Shown here piece by piece: positions 1 to 6,745 of a DNA stretch of 24,474 nucleotides. The stretch comes from Desulfurococcaceae archaeon (GTDB lineage Archaea; Thermoproteota; Thermoprotei_A; Sulfolobales; Desulfurococcaceae): positions 1-24,474 of the forward strand of contig JAWAXJ010000001.1 in assembly GCA_038896955.1 (NCBI GenBank). The letters are read 5' to 3'. The position numbers and the translations under genes are program-made. Positions within the stretch are counted from its first letter, which is position 1, and every line of letters starts with the position of its first letter. Under the pieces are notes generated by a model. That model did no database searches and had not been told where the DNA came from. It was given only the letters and a program-made list of their open reading frames with translations.

Positions 1-46
1 TTATAAAGCCGTATAGGATATGTGCTAGACTAGTCAATATACTCAT
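1..46 (-). CDS. Possible gene running off the window start (MSILTSLAHILYGFI...)
   Basis: Minus-strand ATG at 46 with AGGTGG (57-52) 5 nt upstream; frame open to position 1. Only 15 codons visible. Confidence 0.3.
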   Translation of the reverse strand, partial: MSILTSLAHILYGFI

Positions 47-63
47 AGCATCCACCTACAGCC

Positions 64-348
64 ATGTTGGAGCTTGAAAAATTCAAGCAACGAGCTAGGC
101 AACGAGCTAGCATGCTTAAGATCATCATACCAGCAACATTAATAATAATATTGTTGATTGTAACGCTTATCGGTGCTGCAATGCTATTCTCATCAGCATT
201 CTCACTGTTGAAAACGACGGGTAGCCTTGTCGAGGTTGGCCAGGCGGCGATAGCCGGTGCTCTAAACATACTTCTTGCGATAATACTTGTACTCATAGCA
301 GTAGCGTTGATGATACTGCTACTAGAGCTGGGCATATCTACTTTTTGA
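64..348 (+). CDS. Small membrane protein, two hydrophobic segments (94 aa)
   Basis: Basic N-terminus, then hydrophobic stretches IIIPATLIIILLIVTLIGAAMLFSSAF and AAIAGALNILLAIILVLIAVALMILLLELGI. Converges on the 577-338 gene. Confidence 0.6.
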   Translation: MLELEKFKQRARQRASMLKIIIPATLIIILLIVTLIGAAMLFSSAFSLLKTTGSLVEVGQAAIAGALNILLAIILVLIAVALMILLLELGISTF

Positions 349-577
349 TCAACCCCCTCTTGAGTGCTAAAACTGTGAAGAATTGTAGTGCAGCCGATAC
401 ACCTGCAGCGTACAGGTTTATGGGGGTCGGGTAGCCTGCAGTGCTAGTGCCAGCCAACGATGTGAAGAAGCTTATCATTGCTAGTATAGACGAGTCTATG
501 ATAGCCTCCTTCCATTCGAACTTCCCGTTAGCAGGATCTACACTACCTTTTATACTTAGATAATCTTTATCAGCCAT
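338..577 (-). CDS. Small membrane protein, about two TM segments with basic C-terminus (holin-like topology)
   Basis: ATG 577 follows SD GAGGGGG; hydrophobic AIIDSSILAMISFFTSLAG and LYAAGVSAALQFFTVLAL, ends KRGLIKK. A TTTATATT box lies upstream (618-611). Confidence 0.7.
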   Translation of the reverse strand: MADKDYLSIKGSVDPANGKFEWKEAIIDSSILAMISFFTSLAGTSTAGYPTPINLYAAGVSAALQFFTVLALKRGLIKK

Positions 578-644
578 ACACGCCCCCTCAATCATTTTCT
601 ACGTAATATCAATATAAAGCTTAATCTCTGCGTAACGTAAACGT

Positions 645-670
645 TTATATACCACAACTACATAGTTACA
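645..670 (+). promoter_or_regulatory. TATA box plus conserved downstream element, copy 1
   Basis: TTATATACCACAACTACATAGTTACA upstream of the RHH gene at 684; 24/26 identical to 1949-1974. Confidence 0.75.
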
Positions 671-683
671 TAATGGTGATATT

Positions 684-848
684 ATGTCCTGGAAGGATAG
701 AAAGACAAGGATAGATGTCTACATCGATAAAAAGCTAGCAGAGAGGCTTTTCAACTACGTTAAAAAGACTAACCCAAGACTGTTTGGCGGGTTGACGAAG
801 GCTGTCGAGGAGGCGATAGAAGAGTTTCTAGAGAAACGTGGAGCATGA
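684..848 (+). CDS. Ribbon-helix-helix (CopG/Arc-like) regulator, 54 aa; not in the ORF track
   Basis: MSWKDRKTRIDVYIDKKLAERLFNYVKKTNPRLFGGLTKAVEEAIEEFLEKRGA: alternating beta strand (RIDVYID) then two amphipathic helices. SD GGTGA at 675-679. Confidence 0.8.
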   Translation: MSWKDRKTRIDVYIDKKLAERLFNYVKKTNPRLFGGLTKAVEEAIEEFLEKRGA

Positions 849-1028
849 CTACGTCGCAGGCATAACCGATATCAGCCGGCTCCATTCGCCTGGAGTCTTA
901 GCTTCGGCGGTAAGCTTCCTCCATACATCGCACTCCTTGAAAGCGTCTCTAGCGATATTCGAGCATATATTCACATACTTGTCATATGTAACCTTCTCGG
1001 TGCATCTACCTAACAGCGGGCAAATCAT
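849..1028 (-). CDS. Small four-Cys protein, 59 aa (possible metal binder); not in the ORF track
   Basis: MICPLLGRCTEKVTYDKYVNICSNIARDAFKECDVWRKLTAEAKTPGEWSRLISVMPAT; SD AGGTG at 1041-1037; stop abuts the convergent RHH stop. Confidence 0.7.
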   Translation of the reverse strand: MICPLLGRCTEKVTYDKYVNICSNIARDAFKECDVWRKLTAEAKTPGEWSRLISVMPAT

Positions 1029-1046
1029 ACGTCAGACACCTACATG

Positions 1047-1071
1047 TTTATATAGCTAAACACTATATAAA
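1047..1071. promoter_or_regulatory. Overlapping divergent promoters: two TTTATATAG boxes forming a perfect inverted repeat
   Basis: TTTATATAG (1047-1055), 7-nt spacer, CTATATAAA (1063-1071), between divergent starts at 1028 (-) and 1078 (+). Confidence 0.7.
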
Positions 1072-1077
1072 GGTTTT

Positions 1078-1932
1078 ATGGAGCCACAGTTTGAGGTAGC
1101 GGTAAGCTGGGATGGATTCAAATGGTTTGTTAGCAGAGATGAGAGGCTCAAGCATAGCGTTGAGGTTTTAAGCAAAGGTGAGCTGAGCGTTCTAAGGGCT
1201 TTGAGGAGTATTGCCTCAAAAGATATGATATTCTGTGATGTAGGAGCTTTTGTCGGTTATTACACGTGCAGGTTGGCGCCATATGTCAGAGAGGTACACT
1301 CATTCGAGCCAAACCCGGTTTCGAGAACCATCCTCTTGAAGAATGTTGAGCTAAACGGTTTGGGAAATGTAAAGGTGCATCCGTATGCTTTAGGTGATAA
1401 GAGTGAGGTTAAAAAGCTGTATTTGATGGCGTCAGGCTCAACATTGCTTGAGGGCTACGGCGGTCTGGAGGTTGTTGATGTTGAGGTTAAGCCGATGGAT
1501 GATGTGGTGGATTGGGCTGATCTCGTGAAGATAGATGTCGAGGGGTATGAGTGGAATGTTGTGAGGGGGATGATGAACATCATAAGGAGGTGTAAGCCGG
1601 TCATAGTAATTGAGCATCACGACTTCAGGCATTACAGAATTGCAACATATGACTTGATCAAGAATACACTCAAAGCTGAGGGCTACATCCCAGTATACAT
1701 AACTGAGCCTCACAGGCTATACTGGCACTCCTCGAAGCCTATAAGCGAAATCAGGGATATCATCGTGGATCACTGGATAAATTACTGCATAATGAATATC
1801 AAGGAGGGTAAGCCTTGGTATTATGGGTTGCCTTGCACTTGGTGGTGGGGGATGAACCTGGTAGATTTCATACATGAGCTCCCAGAGCATGTAGATGCGG
1901 AGTATGAGTGGGTAAAGCGCTTGGATCCGTGA
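1078..1932 (+). CDS. SAM-dependent methyltransferase, FkbM family
   Basis: Motif I CDVGAFVGYYT, VHSFEPNP, and FkbM signature LVKIDVEGYE; Trp/Tyr-rich C-terminal extension. Confidence 0.9.
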   Translation: MEPQFEVAVSWDGFKWFVSRDERLKHSVEVLSKGELSVLRALRSIASKDMIFCDVGAFVGYYTCRLAPYVREVHSFEPNPVSRTILLKNVELNGLGNVKVHPYALGDKSEVKKLYLMASGSTLLEGYGGLEVVDVEVKPMDDVVDWADLVKIDVEGYEWNVVRGMMNIIRRCKPVIVIEHHDFRHYRIATYDLIKNTLKAEGYIPVYITEPHRLYWHSSKPISEIRDIIVDHWINYCIMNIKEGKPWYYGLPCTWWWGMNLVDFIHELPEHVDAEYEWVKRLDP

Positions 1933-1948
1933 GGTGTGGGGGAAAAGC

Positions 1949-1974
1949 TTATATACCACAATTACACAGTTACA
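1949..1974 (+). promoter_or_regulatory. TATA box plus conserved downstream element, copy 2
   Basis: TTATATACCACAATTACACAGTTACA preceded by BRE-like GAAAAGC; upstream of the 1993 gene. Confidence 0.75.
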
Positions 1975-1992
1975 ATATGACAGGTGGAGGCT

Positions 1993-2421
1993 ATGAAAGT
2001 AACGCTGCTAGAGGTATTCAAAGACTTTGAGGTGACGGTTAAAGGCTACGGTCAGTTTGGCAGATACGTGCAGTTGTTTAAGCTTGTTCCGATCCAGAAT
2101 GCAAATACCGTTACGGTCGAGGACTTAGAGAATTACGTGAAGAGTCTGCAGCAGAGGTATCCAGATAAAAACTTTTACTTGGATAAGAGGGTTTTAAACG
2201 GTAAAGTATTCTATATAGTTACTAAGAAGAAGAGGATGCCGAATGGAAGGCAGGTGTATGATCGCATACCGGTGTACTTCGATTTAGAGAATCAGAAGGT
2301 GTATGTGCCTAAAAGCTATGTGAAGAAGCAGAGACGGCTTACAAACTACATTCTCATGCGTGTACTCGGTGCTCTAGGAGTGGCTAGACAGTATTATGTT
2401 AGAACAGAGGGTAGGAGGTGA
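1993..2421 (+). CDS. Basic hypothetical viral protein (142 aa), possibly nucleic-acid binding
   Basis: ATG 1993 after AGGTGGAGG; Lys/Arg/Tyr-rich; genome-typical codon use. Family not recognised. Confidence 0.8.
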   Translation: MKVTLLEVFKDFEVTVKGYGQFGRYVQLFKLVPIQNANTVTVEDLENYVKSLQQRYPDKNFYLDKRVLNGKVFYIVTKKKRMPNGRQVYDRIPVYFDLENQKVYVPKSYVKKQRRLTNYILMRVLGALGVARQYYVRTEGRR

Positions 2422-2431
2422 TGGAGTAGTT

Positions 2432-2524
2432 ATGGAGAGATTACATCCACTATGGAGGTATTACATATATAGGCTAATCTGTGAGGGTGTTGGTAAGCGT
2501 AGATATGTGAAGCGTAAACACTAG
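2432..2524 (+). CDS. Possible 30-aa basic peptide (MERLHPLWRYYIYRLICEGVGKRRYVKRKH)
   Basis: Fills the gap between convergent genes exactly; GGAGGTGATGGAG upstream. Short, so could be chance. Confidence 0.35.
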   Translation: MERLHPLWRYYIYRLICEGVGKRRYVKRKH

Positions 2525-2832
2525 GGTAACCCGTACCTAGTCTTTATTCCTGACAGCACTCTATGCCTCAGTGCTTCAAGCTTGAATGCCTTCATAAAGT
2601 CGTTCACGATTTTTTCTACAGCATCTTTCAGTTCAGCTTCAGTTAGATCTGTATGTGTAGCTCTGAGTACTGTTTCGCAAACCTCATATAACCCCGCTCT
2701 TATCCGATCCTCGCTATCTGCTCCTTCGAGGTATACTGAGAAGAGGTAATTTATCGTCGTAGCAATATCAATCCTGGTTGCAGGATCGGTTATAGGTGCG
2801 ATAAGGTTTTTGATAAGCATACTTAAGCTCAT
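2521..2832 (-). CDS. Alpha-helical hypothetical protein (103 aa)
   Basis: ATG 2832 after GGAGGATGAGG; last gene of a three-gene minus operon divergent from the MCP. Confidence 0.75.
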   Translation of the reverse strand: MSLSMLIKNLIAPITDPATRIDIATTINYLFSVYLEGADSEDRIRAGLYEVCETVLRATHTDLTEAELKDAVEKIVNDFMKAFKLEALRHRVLSGIKTRYGLP

Positions 2833-2836
2833 ATCC

Positions 2837-2986
2837 TCATCCTCCACCCTTCTCAAACTCCTCTATAAGCTTTACTAAAGCCATCACTAATAAATCCTCC
2901 TTTCTTACCCCCCTCATCTTCTCAATCTTATCTAGAGCAATGAAGATCCTTTCAGGTACGATTATTTCAAGCCTACGAGCTGACAT
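2837..2986 (-). CDS. Ribbon-helix-helix protein, 49 aa; not in the ORF track
   Basis: MSARRLEIIVPERIFIALDKIEKMRGVRKEDLLVMALVKLIEEFEKGGG; SD GGGTGA; strand LEIIVP plus two helices; fills the operon gap. Confidence 0.75.
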   Translation of the reverse strand: MSARRLEIIVPERIFIALDKIEKMRGVRKEDLLVMALVKLIEEFEKGGG

Positions 2987-3407
2987 GCTTCTTCACCCAT
3001 TCACGGAATATCTTCTCTGTTATTATACCTGCTTCTCTCTCAAATTTTTTAACCCTGGTAACCTCTTTTAAGACTCTTCTTCTAGCCTTCACAAGCTTGT
3101 TAAGCTCGAAAGACTTCAATGCGAAGTAGTTTATCGTTTCGTCTGTCGCCTCAACCTCTATTATCGCTCTATACCCCTTCTCCAGTGGTTCAACCTTGAC
3201 CTTTGACACTACATCGATATTCCTCTCACGTAGAAATCTTACTCTGAAATTCCAGTAGCTTAATGTTGACTCGAGCATCGTACCTATGATCCATGCTAGC
3301 CCCTTCATCGCTCTTACAAAATCCTCTTTGGTAGGTGTTGACGCCTCCTCATCAACCTTATCCTTGCGTATAACGGCCCCCCTTTGCTTAGAGGATTGTA
3401 TAACCAT
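2973..3407 (-). CDS. Hypothetical protein (144 aa), charged
   Basis: ATG 3407 after SD GGAGGGA; divergent from the MCP. Confidence 0.75.
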   Translation of the reverse strand: MVIQSSKQRGAVIRKDKVDEEASTPTKEDFVRAMKGLAWIIGTMLESTLSYWNFRVRFLRERNIDVVSKVKVEPLEKGYRAIIEVEATDETINYFALKSFELNKLVKARRRVLKEVTRVKKFEREAGIITEKIFREWVKKHVSS

Positions 3408-3465
3408 TTCCCTCCTATGTTTATATGACACCGCCTATAAATAGATTTTACGGTGGTGTCGAGAT

Positions 3466-3840
3466 ATGCCTATCTACAAGACTGGAGCACAGATGTTTAA
3501 GAAGTACTCGGCTAAGTTTAACCCGACTGTGGTTGGTACAAGGTTCACCGATGTTAGGGAGGTAGCCCTTGATAGGGCTCAAGAGGGTTTAAATGTTATC
3601 GGCACGGCTAGAGACCTGATAAGACCGATACTAGATGAGTACGGTATAGGGGGCGGTTTAAGGGCTACGTATCTAGCCTTCGGTACCGCCCTCTTGAGGC
3701 ATGCTGTCAGGCAGAAGGGTGACGTAGCCAAGAAGGTAGCTAACGGTCTCAAGAGCTACTTCGTAACAGCATACGGTCTTGATCCAGCTGTATGCGATGA
3801 GATAATACAGGTGATAACTGGCTGGGTGATGCCGTACTAA
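3466..3840 (+). CDS. Major capsid protein, SIRV2-type four-helix-bundle fold
   Basis: Aligns by eye over its whole length with SIRV2 MCP recalled from memory: AKFNPTVVGTRFTDV ~ AKFNAFSNPTVASTILSNV; PILDEYGIGGGLRATYLAFG ~ AVLTQYGITGPNRAIYQGFG; NGLKSYFVTAYGLDPAVCDEIIQVITG ~ NGLKGYYISAFNANPQVLDAVVNIITG. CTATAAATA box at 3435-3443. Confidence 0.9.
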   Translation: MPIYKTGAQMFKKYSAKFNPTVVGTRFTDVREVALDRAQEGLNVIGTARDLIRPILDEYGIGGGLRATYLAFGTALLRHAVRQKGDVAKKVANGLKSYFVTAYGLDPAVCDEIIQVITGWVMPY

Positions 3841-3888
3841 GCTAGATAGCGGATAACTTTTTAAACCTCAACCCCCCTATTTTTTCAT

Positions 3889-4905
3889 ATGTTTGACTAC
3901 GGTGTAGTATCTAGTTATGCCCCCTCCCTCAGGGTTGTAAGCCAGGATATTGCTTACGCTTTGGAGAGGCATGGGCGTACAGCTAACGCATACACGTATA
4001 TCGTTCCCTGGTTCGATGCACAGTTTAGGAGAGCGATAATATTCATACCGTTCGATCCGCTGATCCTATCCCCCTGGGTTATGACGCATAGAGACTATGT
4101 TGATCACGGTATACCATCAGTGATATATGTCACTGTTGAGGGGGTGCCTAAACAGCATCTGATAGATGACTGGTGGGTTAGAGACGGTGTATTTGTAGCT
4201 AATAGTAGATTCACGTTTGAGATGCTCTGCAGGGTTGGTGTTAAACCTATAGCGGTAGTTCACCACGGCGTAAACCTTGATGCTGTTAACTCTATTACCG
4301 TTGATAAGCAGTCGGTTAAAAAACAGCTTAAAGCAAGGGTGTTATTCGGTACGGTTGCCTCTGAGCTTCCCAGGAAGGGTTTGGATAGGCTTGCTAAAGC
4401 TATAAGTCTAGCCTCACCTAAAACCCCGGATGCGAAATTCGTGATACTGACAACTGCTAGGGGGGCTACCCACTTCAGGGGTTTGAGCAACACATATGTG
4501 AGAGTTGAGTTTGGTAAACTCGATAGGTCTTCAATACTAGGCTTGATAGCTTCATTCGACTACTATGTCTGTAGTAGCCTTGCTGAGGGGTTTGGTCTAC
4601 CGCTTCTCGAGGCCCAGGCATTCGGTGTTCCATGCATATATCCTGAGTATCAGCCTCTGACAGAGGTAGCCCACCCGGCAGCGAACTTCACTGTGGGGGT
4701 GTCTGGTGAAGGCTATGAGGATCATGGTCAGGGTATACTCTACCTTATGCACTATTATAGTGTTGAGGAGCTTGCTCAACGTATAGTTGAAGCTTACGAA
4801 ATCTGTATATGCGACCCGGATGAGTATAACGAGAGGAGCAGACAGGTTAGAGAGCATGCTAAGCAGTTCGATGCTGTTAAAACATATAGCTGGTTTGTGA
4901 GGTGA
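3889..4905 (+). CDS. Glycosyltransferase, GT-B fold, GT4 family
   Basis: VANSRFT, VVHHGVN, PRKGLDRL, canonical EX7E motif AEGFGLPLLEAQAFGVP; directly follows the MCP gene. Confidence 0.92.
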   Translation: MFDYGVVSSYAPSLRVVSQDIAYALERHGRTANAYTYIVPWFDAQFRRAIIFIPFDPLILSPWVMTHRDYVDHGIPSVIYVTVEGVPKQHLIDDWWVRDGVFVANSRFTFEMLCRVGVKPIAVVHHGVNLDAVNSITVDKQSVKKQLKARVLFGTVASELPRKGLDRLAKAISLASPKTPDAKFVILTTARGATHFRGLSNTYVRVEFGKLDRSSILGLIASFDYYVCSSLAEGFGLPLLEAQAFGVPCIYPEYQPLTEVAHPAANFTVGVSGEGYEDHGQGILYLMHYYSVEELAQRIVEAYEICICDPDEYNERSRQVREHAKQFDAVKTYSWFVR

Positions 4906-4909
4906 ATCT

Positions 4910-6223
4910 ATGAGCTACGAGAACGTACTAGACAAGAGGAAGTATCATGTGAAGGTTGCTAGCGAAGACGGGGTGTACATCACATGGCTTAGGCTGCTTG
5001 ATGTTGCCCCACTCTTCAGTGAGTGGGCGTGGCTTCAAATACCTTTATTCGACCTCACACAGCTTGGTATGGTTATACTATTTGATATCGCACCATTCGA
5101 GTTTCAGCCGTATGCTCTCGACTACGAGTACACAACCCCATCGATAGATGAGGTTATGCAGGGTATATGGGTGAAGTTCACACCAGTAGACTATACTTTA
5201 AAGTATGCTTGGACTTCAAGCGTAGATAGATATACATATGTAAACTACAAGCCTGAGTATGCTGAATCTATAGATAGGACAAGGTTGAAGAAAGCCTACT
5301 ATGGTTTAACACGGTACGGTGAAAGCTACTATGACCCACCCGTGCAGAGGGAGTTTGTGCGTGCGACACTATATAGGTTGAGCCTTATGAGAACTGCTAG
5401 GGTAAGCTACTTAGCTGATATCGAGAGGGTTCATGAAACGCTTGATATACATGAAGTTGTAGGTGTGACACTGGTGAATAGGTTAGCTCTACTCTCATCT
5501 GCACAGATCAATGCGTTTGTACTAGGATTATCGCCTCTGGGTAGAGGAAGGCTTGCTGAAGATAAGGATGGCTTAACATCAATACCTGTAGTAGACTACA
5601 TGGGCAATATCTATGACGTAAAGTTTAGAACATTAGAGCATCTACAGAGTGGATTCATACTTGGCCTGACGTTTCTAGGATACGGGTTCCTAATGCCTAG
5701 AGAAACGATATATGTATACCCTGAGGGGAAAAGGAACCCGCCGTTCATAGATACGATAGTGTATAAGACTCGTGGGGTAATAAATAGACTGAGCCTAACA
5801 GCGTGGGCCTACTCAAACTATAATAAGCCTGAGGAGATGGTTGATTATCATAAGAGCGAGAAGACGAGCCAATACGACCTGCTTCAGGCATATAGGAGGC
5901 ATATTGAGGCGTGGGTTGAGGCTCAGATAACGCCCGAGGAGGCTAACGCGGTAAAGGTTAGACAGTATCAGAATGCGGTTCTACAGGCAATATCTTTCAG
6001 AGCTAAGAGGCATAGATGGGGATTCCAGGGATGGGGGGCGATGACCGAATATCAGTTTAGGGATTGGTGGATGCGTTACTGGACTGCACAAGGTTTAAAT
6101 AACGATGTGTTGAGTAAGTTGTATGAGGGGATGGCGTTATGGCTGAGCAGGTTAAGAGAAGTCAAGCTCAGAGTAGGGGAGCAGGTCAAGAAGACGCGGC
6201 TCAGGCTAGCCAGGTTAGCATAA
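4910..6223 (+). CDS. Putative minor virion structural protein (437 aa)
   Basis: Aromatic-rich; YYGLTRYGESYYDP motif; internal duplication AFVLGLSPLGRGRL / GFILGLTFLGYGFL; lies in the MCP operon. Function inferred from context. Confidence 0.7.
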   Translation: MSYENVLDKRKYHVKVASEDGVYITWLRLLDVAPLFSEWAWLQIPLFDLTQLGMVILFDIAPFEFQPYALDYEYTTPSIDEVMQGIWVKFTPVDYTLKYAWTSSVDRYTYVNYKPEYAESIDRTRLKKAYYGLTRYGESYYDPPVQREFVRATLYRLSLMRTARVSYLADIERVHETLDIHEVVGVTLVNRLALLSSAQINAFVLGLSPLGRGRLAEDKDGLTSIPVVDYMGNIYDVKFRTLEHLQSGFILGLTFLGYGFLMPRETIYVYPEGKRNPPFIDTIVYKTRGVINRLSLTAWAYSNYNKPEEMVDYHKSEKTSQYDLLQAYRRHIEAWVEAQITPEEANAVKVRQYQNAVLQAISFRAKRHRWGFQGWGAMTEYQFRDWWMRYWTAQGLNNDVLSKLYEGMALWLSRLREVKLRVGEQVKKTRLRLARLA

Positions 6224-6453
6224 CGGCTCCAGAGGTACCTGAGGAGGTGAGGACTGAATTAACATCGCTTATGCAAGATCTACTGCTTAAGACACATGAG
6301 CTTTCATTCGAGTATTCAACACTGGATTGTGAGAGCATCCAGGCATGCTCATTAGCTCAGAAATGTAGAGAGATCTTCAAGATTGTTAAGAGGCTTAACC
6401 AGGTTGTTAAAGGTATATCTGCACCTCAGAGGAAACCCTCATATACGACATAA
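6139..6453 (+). CDS. Hypothetical protein with helical hairpin and three Cys (104 aa)
   Basis: SD GAGGGG 8 nt before ATG 6139; overlaps the upstream gene by 85 nt; low-complexity N-terminus, helical C-terminal half. Confidence 0.6.
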   Translation: MAEQVKRSQAQSRGAGQEDAAQASQVSITAPEVPEEVRTELTSLMQDLLLKTHELSFEYSTLDCESIQACSLAQKCREIFKIVKRLNQVVKGISAPQRKPSYTT

Positions 6454-6469
6454 AGTATACTAGTTTCTT

Positions 6470-6745
6470 GTGGAGCCGTCATCGTTCACCCTACCTCCAC
6501 TCTCGATTACGCTAGATGGTTGTATAGTTGATGTGCTAGAGGTTACTAGATCAACACTTATCTCTGGTGAAACATGGCTCCATGTAGCTGTTAGAATAAA
6601 CTATATGGGTGTTAGGAGTAGGGTTTTTACGATAGATGCTAGAAGCCAGAGAGAGTTTATCGATAAGCTTAGAGTTGAGATAGCGAAAGTGAAATTCATA
6701 TATTACGCATATGGTATAGAATTGTTGAGGAGGCTGATAGCTTGA
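6470..6745 (+). CDS. Small beta-sheet/helix hypothetical protein (91 aa)
   Basis: GTG start; TTGA overlap couples it to the 1533-aa gene. Confidence 0.75.
   Translation: MEPSSFTLPPLSITLDGCIVDVLEVTRSTLISGETWLHVAVRINYMGVRSRVFTIDARSQREFIDKLRVEIAKVKFIYYAYGIELLRRLIA

Noticed and set aside
88-111. Tandem CAACGAGCTAGG/CAACGAGCTAGC (QRAR-QRAS)
   Set aside because: Single 12-nt in-frame duplication; too short to imply function.
30-335. Minus-strand 101-aa ORF packing neatly between two minus-strand starts
   Set aside because: Ser/Ile/Asn-rich text typical of the antisense of a hydrophobic gene. In this register stops need Tyr, His or Gln codons on the plus strand, which the 64-348 protein nearly lacks. 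Not fully excluded.
64-348. Identification as the rudiviral pyramid protein PVAP because of similar size
   Set aside because: Two long hydrophobic segments and no soluble C-terminal helical region, unlike PVAP.
838-1059. Plus-strand 73-aa ORF in the track
   Set aside because: No SD; it shadows the better-supported minus-strand four-Cys gene 849-1028.
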